From: a virus
Taxonomy: Duplodnaviria > Heunggongvirae > Uroviricota > Caudoviricetes
IMG/VR virus record: IMGVR_UViG_3300023184_000028
Location: 118,551 to 182,550 of that record
Reading direction: 5' to 3' (one strand)
DNA: 64,000 nucleotides
Shown here: positions 19,769-29,016 of the stretch, in pieces
Numbering within the stretch: the stretch's first letter is position 1
Layout of the letters: each line of letters starts with the position of its first letter
Translations under genes and position numbers: made by a program
Notes under the pieces: model-generated
Database searches by the model: none
Seen by the model: the letters and a program-made list of their open reading frames with translations, nothing else
Told to the model about the DNA's origin: nothing

Positions 19769-22324
19769 ATGGCATGTAATCCTATATTATTATATTATTT
19801 TGGAATAAGTAGTGCTAATATTTGTACTCAAGTTTTTCAGGATAATACTCTGTATTATATTGACGGAGACCCTACAACATTAGGTAGTTATTTACATACA
19901 TCAACACCTTGTACAGGTGCAAATTTAGCAACTAGTGGTTATTATGCTTATATTGATAATGGAATTATTCATTATTTCAGTATAGATAGAAATGGTGCAT
20001 TAAACAAATTAGACCAGTGTAATAATTGTGCGGTCGGAAGCGTTAAAAATTTAACGCTAGTAACTTACACCGATTGTTGTGGAAATTATACGGAATTAAC
20101 ACCAACAGTTAATGACCAATTATTTGTCTATGACCCTAATTATCCTGTGACTGGTTTATATAGTTTTTATTCGGTGACTCCTAGAACTATATGTCCTTCA
20201 AATTCTCCAACACCAACACATACACCAACACCAACTTTAACGCCAACACCTACACCAACACCAAAATCAATATATGTTTCAGGGTGTTGCGACGGTAAAA
20301 TATATAGGTTATTATCTGGTATCAAACAACCAATAGGGAATGTTATAAGAGTGGCACCTTTTAATTTTTGTTATACGGTTATTACTCAACCAATTATATT
20401 ACCAACAAATACGTTAAATGATAATTTGGGTGTTTCAATAGTTGAAGAAGATTGTTATGACATAAGTTGTCAGCCATGTCCAAGTTCAACACCAACACCA
20501 ACACCTACTCAAACGCCGGGAAATACACCAACACCAACACCTGCACCTAATCTACCACCGATACCTGCTGCAGGTTCGGTTGGCAGTGAATGTAAAATTA
20601 TTACAATAGAAAACTTTGAGATAAGTTGTAGCGGTACTAATCCAACAACATATGCTTCTTTAGATGGTAGTTTAACTGCAATTGTATCAGGAGGAACCGC
20701 ACCTTATTATTATATTTGGAGTGGGCCAAATAGTAGTTATTATACTAGTAAAACAATAACGAATATACCTTCGGGTGATTATATTTTAACAGTATATGAT
20801 TATTTTAGAGATTTTACTGCAACAACTACTTGTACGATTACGGGACCTAAAGATTGTGAGTTTGGTGCATCGTATTTTGAGTTTTTACCTCCTAGTCCTT
20901 CACCAACGCCTACATTAACTCCTACGCCTGCAACATCAATACCTCTATGTGCGGTGTTATTTGTTAATAATATAGATGGTAAGGTTTATACTTACAATGT
21001 AGCGACAAATGCGTCAGTACTACTTACAATACCTTCACTTACTTTCTTCGCTGATGATATTGCGCATACCGCAAACAAACTTTGGATACCTTCAGGTTCT
21101 ACGCAATTCCTTGAGTGGGATATAACATTATCTCCATTTACTGCGGTATTTAATCGTGCAATACCATATCCTGTTGGATATCTGCCATCTTTTGGATTAG
21201 GTGCTATTGACGATACTACAATTTTGGCCGTAAATACATCAACAACACCACATAGTGTTGTTGAGATAGATGTTTCAGGTCCTAGTGCGGTTATGAATAC
21301 TCAGTTTTCATTACTTAGTAACAGAAGAGTAACGGGTGATTTCTTTAAGACAACTAATAACAAATTTATTGTATCGGTAAGAACAATAACACCGCCAGTT
21401 CAAAACTACGTAAATCAGTACGATTATATAACGCATTTACTTGATGTTGAAATACTTTTATCCTCGGTATTAACCAATGCCTTTGGTATATTTGAAGATA
21501 GTGGAAATATCTATTTAGGTAGAGGTACATCACAAAATGGTGATATATATAGAATAGACACTAATTATCCGTATTTAACAACATTTGTTAATAACAGTGG
21601 AATATATGTTGCTGGCGCTTCTCAGGTACCTAGTTGTTTAACGGCTGATTTTAGCCCTGCACCAACGCCAACCCCAACGGTTACGGTTACCTCAAGTAGT
21701 GGAATTATACCACCATCACCAAGTGTGACAAAAACACCTACAGTTACTCCTACTATTACAAAAACACCAACTGCTACACCAACAATGACACCAACTGTAA
21801 CAAGAAGCGGAATACCGGCGCCAGTATATAGTCAATCATATGAGGCTAATGTGTTTCGTTGTAGACCTACACCTCAATGTGGAATGGGATATACGATAAC
21901 GACAATTACGGTTCAAAATCCATATACTTTATCTTTAGGTAAATTCTATAGAAGTAGTGACCCATACGATACCAATGTATATGAGCCATATACTACAGTA
22001 TCAACGCCAGCGGCAGTTATTGTTAGTTACGGTTCTGAGACCACTAGTTGTAATTTAGCTTGTGCTGCTTTACCAACGTATAGATATTATTTAGCGGATA
22101 AATATAGTTGTTCTAATTGTACATTAGTAGAAAGTGGAGTGGAAGTGGCGGTTGCAAATTGGACATTAAATGTGGGTAAGTGGTATAGTAATACTCAGGG
22201 TGTTTTTTCATATTATATAACTTCCGGACCAATAACATCATCACCAGCAGGACAGATAATATTATTTGATTATACCATATCAAATAATTGCGCAGATGCT
22301 TGTGTTGCGGAACCACCACCATAA
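19769..22324 (+). CDS. Fibre-like protein (851 aa): MACN N-domain paralog, PT linkers, SprB-type repeat
   Basis: SCSGTNPTTYASLDGSLTAIVSGGTAPYYYIWSGPNSSYYTS matches the SprB repeat pattern. Multiple TPTPTPT linkers. Confidence 0.75.
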   Translation: MACNPILLYYFGISSANICTQVFQDNTLYYIDGDPTTLGSYLHTSTPCTGANLATSGYYAYIDNGIIHYFSIDRNGALNKLDQCNNCAVGSVKNLTLVTYTDCCGNYTELTPTVNDQLFVYDPNYPVTGLYSFYSVTPRTICPSNSPTPTHTPTPTLTPTPTPTPKSIYVSGCCDGKIYRLLSGIKQPIGNVIRVAPFNFCYTVITQPIILPTNTLNDNLGVSIVEEDCYDISCQPCPSSTPTPTPTQTPGNTPTPTPAPNLPPIPAAGSVGSECKIITIENFEISCSGTNPTTYASLDGSLTAIVSGGTAPYYYIWSGPNSSYYTSKTITNIPSGDYILTVYDYFRDFTATTTCTITGPKDCEFGASYFEFLPPSPSPTPTLTPTPATSIPLCAVLFVNNIDGKVYTYNVATNASVLLTIPSLTFFADDIAHTANKLWIPSGSTQFLEWDITLSPFTAVFNRAIPYPVGYLPSFGLGAIDDTTILAVNTSTTPHSVVEIDVSGPSAVMNTQFSLLSNRRVTGDFFKTTNNKFIVSVRTITPPVQNYVNQYDYITHLLDVEILLSSVLTNAFGIFEDSGNIYLGRGTSQNGDIYRIDTNYPYLTTFVNNSGIYVAGASQVPSCLTADFSPAPTPTPTVTVTSSSGIIPPSPSVTKTPTVTPTITKTPTATPTMTPTVTRSGIPAPVYSQSYEANVFRCRPTPQCGMGYTITTITVQNPYTLSLGKFYRSSDPYDTNVYEPYTTVSTPAAVIVSYGSETTSCNLACAALPTYRYYLADKYSCSNCTLVESGVEVAVANWTLNVGKWYSNTQGVFSYYITSGPITSSPAGQIILFDYTISNNCADACVAEPPP

Positions 22325-22365
22325 AATGTGTGTTAAAAAATGAGTATTAAAAAAAATAATAAAAA

Positions 22366-23682
22366 ATGAGTAGCTATTTTACTATATATATTAATTCAGG
22401 GACATCTCCAGGCCCATATAATGTTTATTATAACACTATTGGCTCAGGTAATATTGCAACGGTATATCCGACAGGGTTACCTGCAACTAATTTAACTTTA
22501 AATCAGCTACTGGTGGGAGTTACAGTTTATGCTCCTGTGGATATTCTTGATTTATATTTATATAATCAACTATGTGAAACTAATCAAAAGCTCCAAATAG
22601 CACCTAAACCAATAGTTTATCCTGAAATATGTATTACTGTTCAAAATAAAGAAGAATTAATAAATGAGCAATATCAGTTTTTATATAATTATAATACGGT
22701 TAATGGTAAACCAGAATATGAAACATTTGATGGTTATTTGTTAAATTGGAATACAAATGGATATTGGGAATTCATAACATACCCTGGTTCTGTTAGATTA
22801 CAATCAAATGATGCTGATAATATACCTGATAGTAATTGGAATGCTTTAGGACCCGGAGGAAGTTTATATATAATAACCGCTCAACAAGGATTTTGTTTTA
22901 CACTTAAAAATCCAAATAATTTAAATATTACATATAGTGACCCAACTTGTTATGGAAATACAAACGGTTCAATAAATGCGGTTGCGATTGGAGGTGCTGG
23001 TGGTTGGGTATATTCGTTGGATAATATTATGTATAACAATTCAGTAGGTATATTTACATCGTTAGGTTCAGGACAATATACAGTATACGCTAAAGATTTA
23101 AGCGGAGATGTGATTAGTCAAACAGTTACATTAACCGCACAACCAGTTAATAATTTTACAATAACTGGTGTTAGAAGTGTTACAAACTTACCTACTGTTG
23201 GGAACATGAATTATTATTTAGTAACAATAAATTATGATACATCACAAATACCTACGGGAGGGGTTGTATTTGATTATGAGATGGTTTATAATTTATCATA
23301 CACTGGACCTGGGTCGGCAATTTTTGATACCACACAACATTATTTAACTATAAATGGAAATCCATTGGTAATTAATTCTGCATTTACAAACACATTGACC
23401 GCTACAACAGTATCATCTTGTAATCCTATATATAGTCAATATGACGGTTCTAATGGTTATGTTTCAACAGGAATTAGTTTATTAAATGGTGACGTATTTA
23501 CTGCTAATATTATTTATGGTATTGATACAAAAACAAATGGTGTTTTTGATGGGGTATGTTATACTAAAAGTTCTGTTATACTTAATCTAATCTTGGGTAA
23601 TGTTAAACTTTATTGTGATTGTTGTAATATAAACAATACGATAATTAATATTTCAGAACCAATACAAATTTACCAACCTTAA
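22366..23682 (+). CDS. Structural protein with SprB-type repeat (438 aa)
   Basis: DPTCYGNTNGSINAVAIGGAGGWVYSLDN...GSGQYTVYAKDLSGD. Confidence 0.7.
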   Translation: MSSYFTIYINSGTSPGPYNVYYNTIGSGNIATVYPTGLPATNLTLNQLLVGVTVYAPVDILDLYLYNQLCETNQKLQIAPKPIVYPEICITVQNKEELINEQYQFLYNYNTVNGKPEYETFDGYLLNWNTNGYWEFITYPGSVRLQSNDADNIPDSNWNALGPGGSLYIITAQQGFCFTLKNPNNLNITYSDPTCYGNTNGSINAVAIGGAGGWVYSLDNIMYNNSVGIFTSLGSGQYTVYAKDLSGDVISQTVTLTAQPVNNFTITGVRSVTNLPTVGNMNYYLVTINYDTSQIPTGGVVFDYEMVYNLSYTGPGSAIFDTTQHYLTINGNPLVINSAFTNTLTATTVSSCNPIYSQYDGSNGYVSTGISLLNGDVFTANIIYGIDTKTNGVFDGVCYTKSSVILNLILGNVKLYCDCCNINNTIINISEPIQIYQP

Positions 23683-23690
23683 AATATTTA

Positions 23691-25910
23691 TTGATTATGG
23701 GTTATATTATTAAAAATACTTCGGCATTAGTTAACACTAGATTTACAGATGCGGGAAGAAGAAAATTATCACAAGGAAATCTAAATATAAGGTATTTCCA
23801 AGTCGGAGATAGCGAAGTTTTTTATAATAAAATATCGGGTTATAATCAATCTGATTGTTATGTTCTTCAACCACCTTATAACGCTCAAAATATAAGTCAA
23901 CAACCTCAAACCAATAAAGGTAATGTTAAATACCCTTATTATGTAAAAGGAAGTAGTGGTAATACTTATGGGATTGCAATTGAACAATCAGTGATATCTC
24001 CAATATATAACTCAGCGGGACTAAAAGGATTTTTTAGTGGTAGTCAATATCCTTGGTCAGTTCAGATAACTAGCGGATATACACTAAGTCCAAATTATAT
24101 AATGAATACTTGTAATTTCTGTAGTGATTCTAGTGTATATTTTGATAATAATCCTTGTACGTCTGAAACTTATACCCCCCGAATTGGTGATATTGCTATG
24201 ATTTATTTTAAGGGAGACGATAGTTGTGGTACGTTTAGTACCGATTTTCCTGTTTTTACATATAGAATACAAGATATTATTGGTAATATTTTATTTTTTG
24301 ATAGAAAAGTTCCTGATTTTCAGGGAATGAATAGTGGATTAATTGATTGTTGTGCTGACCATAGAATTTATATTTACCCGTCAGGAATGACGGTATTATA
24401 TGATACTAAAACACCGCTTGGGTATGTCCCACCAACAGTGTTAAATTTTGAGACAATTTGTTATTTGGGATATGGTGATGTTAATGTTTGGAATATGAAT
24501 ATTCCTTGGTCTGTAAGTCCTGCAGGGTTAATATCAACACTAAATGAGGATTATACTAAATTTGGTTCGGTTAATTATCTTGGGACAAAAGAATATTTGG
24601 GATATCAAGAAAGTACAGGGCAAACATTTTTTATTAGTAATACTTTAAGTGCTGAAACTACTGACACTTATTATTATAATTCTTATAGTGAAATAATTAA
24701 AGTTCAACCTGAAGACCAAAAGGCGATTGCTATTGTTCACTACACTAATAATTTAATTGATACAATATACGGCGAAAAATTCGCATTAGAACCATTTGAT
24801 ATAAAGGCTACTGACCAAACAGGTTTTGCAAGAAATTTTGAGGTTACAATACCAACACTTATGTGGCATAAGTCAAATACGGGATTAATGGGTGAAACAT
24901 TTTATGTTGACCCCAATGTAGGAACTGCTGATTTCTTTGATGTTAGATATATGCAATCCTCAAAAAATATGGATATGAATGACCCTGGTTTAAGATATTA
25001 CCATTTATGGGACACGTATCTTAATACTGATGGAATGCCGAGTAGAGTTGGTAAAGTTTTTCCTGACTTGAAAATGGTTGTGTTTGATGATGATGAGATT
25101 ATAGCGGCAATGTCTTATAAGGCAAATAGAAACTGGACATTACCAGCACCTAAACTATCTTTGATAGTACCAAACGCTTTAGATAATGTAAATGATGATT
25201 TTGGATTGTTGGGTAATGAAAATGAATATTTGTATTTGACATATAGATTTAATTCAAGTGCTTTTACAAATTCTTTACATTGTAATTATTATACAAAGAT
25301 ACAAGGGCCTCAAACTTGTTTTACAACACAAAGACAAGACGTTGCGGTTAAATTTGGAGGAGGATTTAATTTTATGAAGGAGTGTTGTTTCCAAGGGTAT
25401 AGTGCTAATGAATTTTATATATTAGCACAAGTTGTAACTGGTTCAACAACTCAACCAAATCCTGCGTCATGGAAAATTATTAATTTTACAGACCAAATGA
25501 GTGCGACAACAAGTAATGGATATATAACTTCAGACGGAATGACGGGTTCTACATTTATTGTTAGATATAATCAATATACTACAGCACCTACTTATAATTT
25601 GGATGATTATATTGATTTACCTTTACCGACAGGTGAAGAAAGTAAGTTAACTTTTGGTGATGAGTATTTCTTTTATGGTAATATTGAAACGGATATTGAG
25701 GCGACAATATATGAAATGAAATATTTGTGTAATCTGAGTTCCCAACAATTTACTAATAGTAGTAATCCAACTTGGATATCAGGTGCTACGTCATATATGA
25801 CTGAAGTAGGGTTGTTTGACGAAGACAAAGATTTACTTATTATAAGTAAATTCCAGTCACCTGTTTTAAGACAAGGAACACAACAAGTATCAATTAATAT
25901 TGACTTCTAA
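23691..25910 (+). CDS. Large virion structural protein (739 aa)
   Basis: Last long ORF of the structural block. Confidence 0.7.
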   Translation: MIMGYIIKNTSALVNTRFTDAGRRKLSQGNLNIRYFQVGDSEVFYNKISGYNQSDCYVLQPPYNAQNISQQPQTNKGNVKYPYYVKGSSGNTYGIAIEQSVISPIYNSAGLKGFFSGSQYPWSVQITSGYTLSPNYIMNTCNFCSDSSVYFDNNPCTSETYTPRIGDIAMIYFKGDDSCGTFSTDFPVFTYRIQDIIGNILFFDRKVPDFQGMNSGLIDCCADHRIYIYPSGMTVLYDTKTPLGYVPPTVLNFETICYLGYGDVNVWNMNIPWSVSPAGLISTLNEDYTKFGSVNYLGTKEYLGYQESTGQTFFISNTLSAETTDTYYYNSYSEIIKVQPEDQKAIAIVHYTNNLIDTIYGEKFALEPFDIKATDQTGFARNFEVTIPTLMWHKSNTGLMGETFYVDPNVGTADFFDVRYMQSSKNMDMNDPGLRYYHLWDTYLNTDGMPSRVGKVFPDLKMVVFDDDEIIAAMSYKANRNWTLPAPKLSLIVPNALDNVNDDFGLLGNENEYLYLTYRFNSSAFTNSLHCNYYTKIQGPQTCFTTQRQDVAVKFGGGFNFMKECCFQGYSANEFYILAQVVTGSTTQPNPASWKIINFTDQMSATTSNGYITSDGMTGSTFIVRYNQYTTAPTYNLDDYIDLPLPTGEESKLTFGDEYFFYGNIETDIEATIYEMKYLCNLSSQQFTNSSNPTWISGATSYMTEVGLFDEDKDLLIISKFQSPVLRQGTQQVSINIDF

Positions 25911-25938
25911 TCTTATTGATTTATTTTCATTATAATTT

Positions 25939-26538
25939 ATGGCTAAAGAAATAGAAAATAACCCAAAAGTTTTGGCATTGGATATATCCACCAAAACCAT
26001 CGGAATCGCTTTGTTTGATATAACAACCAGAGAATTATTGGAATTAACTCACGTATCTCCTGTCCCCAAGCCAAAGAGGGATAATAAGATGGAGGAGTTA
26101 TTGATTAAAGCGGAGATGGTTCGTTCCAAGATTGATAATTACAAAAACTTAAATGTTACGGAAGTAGTTATTGAGGAGCCATTGTTGGGTTCTAATAATA
26201 TTTATACAATCCAAACGTTATTAAGATTTAATACTTTAGTATTTAAGGACATTTACGAACAATTGGGAATTGTTCCTGAATTTATTTCTACATACAATGC
26301 ACGTAAGTTTGCATTTCCCCATCTTGTCCAACCAAATGACAAGGGTAAATTTGTTTTGTTTGGAGGTTTTCCAAGAGACATAGACAAAAAAACTATAATA
26401 TGGGAGTTGGTTGCCAAGAGGGAACCACAAATCACTTGGAACTACACCAAGAATAATACGCTTAAGAAAGAGAATTTTGACTCGTCTGATGCTTATACTG
26501 CTGGTCTTGGGTATATGAGGATGAAACAGATTTGGTAA
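25939..26538 (+). CDS. RuvC-like Holliday junction resolvase (RNase H fold)
   Basis: VLALDISTKTIGIALFD (cf RuvC ILGIDPG..TG). VVIEEPLL (catalytic Glu). DSSDAYTAGLGY (C-terminal Asp pair). Confidence 0.6.
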   Translation: MAKEIENNPKVLALDISTKTIGIALFDITTRELLELTHVSPVPKPKRDNKMEELLIKAEMVRSKIDNYKNLNVTEVVIEEPLLGSNNIYTIQTLLRFNTLVFKDIYEQLGIVPEFISTYNARKFAFPHLVQPNDKGKFVLFGGFPRDIDKKTIIWELVAKREPQITWNYTKNNTLKKENFDSSDAYTAGLGYMRMKQIW

Positions 26539-26561
26539 TCCATTAATTTTTATTATATTTG
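26531..26561 (+). promoter_or_regulatory. Bacteroidetes sigma-A type promoter (-33 TTTG, 19 nt spacer, -7 TATATTTG) for primase; only 4 nt before the ATG
   Basis: TTTGGtaatccattaatttttatTATATTTGtcctATG. Confidence 0.5.
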
Positions 26562-26565
26562 TCCT

Positions 26566-27465
26566 ATGGACGAAGAAATTGAGGTAATCACGGAATTGCT
26601 GGTTGATGTATTGGGGGAACCCAAGAAATCATATAAGGGAAGTACGCAGGTATCTTTCAACTGTCCCGTATGTGATGAAGGGAAGGGTAAGGGTAATTTT
26701 GAGGTTAATATTGAGAAATCTGTTTATCATTGTTGGAGTTGTGGAGATAGTGAGGGAACACATGGGCCTTTAGGTAAATTCTTTGATAAGTTTGGAACCA
26801 AGAAACAGAAGAAGTTATATCTATTGGTTCGTCCCGAAGAGAGACAGGAGAAGAGGTCGTTTATACCCAAGGTTAAATTACCTGATGGGTTCACCAAGAT
26901 ATTAGATTGTAATAAGATTTATCCCCCATATAGGGAAGGTATTAACTATCTCAAGAGTAGGGGCATAACTGATGAGATGTGTGAGAAGTATGGTATTGGG
27001 TTGACTAGTATTGGTAGTTTTGCTGGTAGGGTTGTTATTCCGTCATATGATAAGGGTGGGGACTTAAATTATTTTGTTGCTCGTTCTTGGAATCCGAGGG
27101 CTAAACAAAAGTATATGAATCCTAAGGCTGAGAAGGATAAGATTATCTTTAATGAGAACTTGATTGATTGGGAGAAGGACATTTATGTTTGTGAGGGAAT
27201 GTTTGATGCGATATTTTTGCCTAATGCCGTTCCAATGCTTGGTAAACATTTATCTGAGTTATTATTCACGACGATATATGAAAAGGCTAAGGGTGATGTG
27301 ATTATATGTTTGGATGGGGATGCGTATGAGAGTAGTATTAAATTATATCACACATTAAATGGGGGTGTTCTTTATAATAGAATAAAGATGGTTAGATTGC
27401 CGGTGGATAAGGATGTGTGTGATTTGAGGGGTGAAATAAACGATTATTATATAACAATTAAATAA
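26566..27465 (+). CDS. DNA primase (zinc ribbon + Toprim; DnaG/T4 gp61-like)
   Basis: CPVCDEG...HCWSCG zinc ribbon; EGMFDAIF and LDGDAYE Toprim acidic motifs. Confidence 0.7.
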   Translation: MDEEIEVITELLVDVLGEPKKSYKGSTQVSFNCPVCDEGKGKGNFEVNIEKSVYHCWSCGDSEGTHGPLGKFFDKFGTKKQKKLYLLVRPEERQEKRSFIPKVKLPDGFTKILDCNKIYPPYREGINYLKSRGITDEMCEKYGIGLTSIGSFAGRVVIPSYDKGGDLNYFVARSWNPRAKQKYMNPKAEKDKIIFNENLIDWEKDIYVCEGMFDAIFLPNAVPMLGKHLSELLFTTIYEKAKGDVIICLDGDAYESSIKLYHTLNGGVLYNRIKMVRLPVDKDVCDLRGEINDYYITIK

Positions 27466-27468
27466 AAT

Positions 27469-27681
27469 ATGAAAGAAACAAAATTAGGTTCAGACATTAC
27501 ACCTGATGAAAAGGTGTGTTATAACTGCAAACATCTCGCTTGGATGATTGGAATAGGACAGGGGTTAAGATGTATTCATCCAAAGAAGGGGAACTCGGAG
27601 ATGATACCGAGTAGCAAACACACATGCGAATTATTTGAGAAAAATCCAAAATTGGAAAAACCCGATAAAAATGAATTATGA
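27469..27681 (+). CDS. Small Cys-containing protein (70 aa)
   Basis: ORF; CYNC...C..C. Confidence 0.45.
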   Translation: MKETKLGSDITPDEKVCYNCKHLAWMIGIGQGLRCIHPKKGNSEMIPSSKHTCELFEKNPKLEKPDKNEL

Positions 27682-27965
27682 AAAAGTTATTTACAATAAT
27701 TTTATTATTGTTCTGCATCAATACGAATGCTCAAATTTTAGAAGTTAAAACACAAAGTGTAACTCAAGAATACATTAACTTTTATAATAAAAAGTTGGAT
27801 TCTTTATCTAAACTATATAATAAAAAAGTTTTTGGATATCAAAGGACTATTACCGTTGGGGAAAAAGTTAGGGAAACATGTGTTATTTTTTACACGTCAA
27901 ATAAAGAAACGAGAGACAGTATAGTTTGGGTTAAAGAACTCATTGTTGAAAAAAAACCAAAATAA
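27678..27965 (+). CDS. Small secreted protein (95 aa; signal peptide MKKLFTIILLLFCINTNAQ)
   Basis: ORF with N-terminal hydrophobic signal-like segment. Confidence 0.5.
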   Translation: MKKLFTIILLLFCINTNAQILEVKTQSVTQEYINFYNKKLDSLSKLYNKKVFGYQRTITVGEKVRETCVIFYTSNKETRDSIVWVKELIVEKKPK

Positions 27966-27966
27966 T

Positions 27967-27997
27967 TTTGGCGGTATTGAAATTAGTTTTATATTTG
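27967..27997 (+). promoter_or_regulatory. Bacteroidetes-type promoter (-33 TTTG / -7 TATATTTG)
   Basis: TTTTGGCGG...19 nt...TATATTTG; ATG 20 nt downstream. Confidence 0.5.
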
Positions 27998-28016
27998 TGT
28001 TCTAAAACAAAAATAT

Positions 28017-28181
28017 ATGGCAGGAGTTATCAATTTTGACATACCAACTTATCAAAGATTAAAAAAAGAATATCAACGCTCTGTTGATAATAAAGTTGAG
28101 GTATTTGTGTTTGAGGGACATGAGTTATTGACTGAATATGCCAAGTATTTGATTGAGTATTTAACCACGAAATTTAATTAA
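28017..28181 (+). CDS. Small hypothetical protein (54 aa)
   Basis: ORF found by eye, 20 nt downstream of a consensus promoter; below ORF-track cutoff. Confidence 0.35.
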   Translation: MAGVINFDIPTYQRLKKEYQRSVDNKVEVFVFEGHELLTEYAKYLIEYLTTKFN

Positions 28182-28287
28182 TAAGATATGAACAGACAGA
28201 CAAACGAAAGAACGACATATCCACTTTTTATTGGTGCGATTGTTATTTTTATTTTATTGGTTGTATTAATGAAATTAACTTAAAATT

Positions 28288-28713
28288 ATGAAAGGGACAT
28301 TAAATAAAACAGAACAAGGGTGGGTGGTAAGATATGGAGATATGCAGTTTCTTCCATTACATCCCGAATATCAAACTATTTTACCATTAGATTTAGATTT
28401 GGAAGGTAAAGAAATTGAATTTGATTGGTGCGTTATAGTAGAGCATTATACTGGTAAAGGTATAGAATATGCTAAACTAATAGATAAAAAAGTAATATGT
28501 GAGTATAGTGGTTTACCATCAGTGACATCATATACTACATCCGAATATCCTGAACTTGAAGGAACATTAGAGTTATGTAATGATAAGGTGTGGGATGATA
28601 TATATGAAGAATATTCTATGGAACAATATCCGGCATTTGGTGGGCCATTTACGGACTCAATATCATTTATAGATTGGTTAAAATTATACTATAAATCACC
28701 CGAAAAAAAATAA
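28288..28713 (+). CDS. Hypothetical protein (141 aa)
   Basis: ORF. Confidence 0.55.
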   Translation: MKGTLNKTEQGWVVRYGDMQFLPLHPEYQTILPLDLDLEGKEIEFDWCVIVEHYTGKGIEYAKLIDKKVICEYSGLPSVTSYTTSEYPELEGTLELCNDKVWDDIYEEYSMEQYPAFGGPFTDSISFIDWLKLYYKSPEKK

Positions 28714-28724
28714 TTAAAAAAAGT

Positions 28725-28756
28725 TTTGGCTGGTAAATAATTACCCTTTATCTTTG
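28725..28756 (+). promoter_or_regulatory. Bacteroidetes-type promoter (-33 TTTG / -7 TATCTTTG), copy A of a duplicated 65-bp cassette
   Basis: TTTTGGCTGG...20 nt...TATCTTTGTATTCACAAAACAATCAAAGATATG. Confidence 0.55.
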
Positions 28757-28778
28757 TATTCACAAAACAATCAAAGAT

Positions 28779-28955
28779 ATGTCCAAAACAATTTCATTCA
28801 AAAAAGGAACAACAGTAAGAGTTTTAGATGGTGAACATTCAGGACAATTGGCAGTGGTTATTAGAAGTACTAAATTTCATGTGGTTTGTCAATCACCCAA
28901 TCAACTTTATCAATGGTGTTACCTTAAAACTCAACTTGAGAAAGTGGAAAGTTAA
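28779..28955 (+). CDS. Small hypothetical protein (58 aa, MSKTISFKKGTTVRVLDGEHSGQLAVV...)
   Basis: ORF found by eye, 23 nt downstream of a consensus promoter. Overlaps ORF-track ORF 28828 in another frame. Confidence 0.5.
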   Translation: MSKTISFKKGTTVRVLDGEHSGQLAVVIRSTKFHVVCQSPNQLYQWCYLKTQLEKVES

Positions 28956-28962
28956 AAAAACT

Positions 28963-28994
28963 TTTGGCAGAACCAAAATAACCCCTTATCTTTG
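28963..28994 (+). promoter_or_regulatory. Bacteroidetes-type promoter, copy B of the duplicated cassette
   Basis: TTTTGGCAG...20 nt...TATCTTTGTATTCACAAAACAATCAAATATATG. Confidence 0.55.
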
Positions 28995-29016
28995 TATTCA
29001 CAAAACAATCAAATAT

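Noticed and set aside
18697-21800. Possible CRISPR array suggested by short periodic ACACCAACA repeats
   Set aside because: The repeats are in-frame codon repeats encoding Pro/Thr linkers inside long ORFs. There are no constant-length spacers and no flanking leader/cas genes.
22339-22370. Duplicated AAAAAATGAGTA 12-mer creating a 9-codon mini-ORF ending in ATGA overlap with the 22366 gene
   Set aside because: Too short to interpret; probably a local duplication of the start region. Noted only as a possible upstream-ORF coupling signal.
28828-29016. N-terminal 63 codons of the ORF-track ORF 28828-29493
   Set aside because: This stretch contains a complete consensus promoter (28963-28994) and duplicates the leader of the upstream cassette. 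The real start is ATG 29017. A separate 58-aa gene (28779-28955) occupies another frame.
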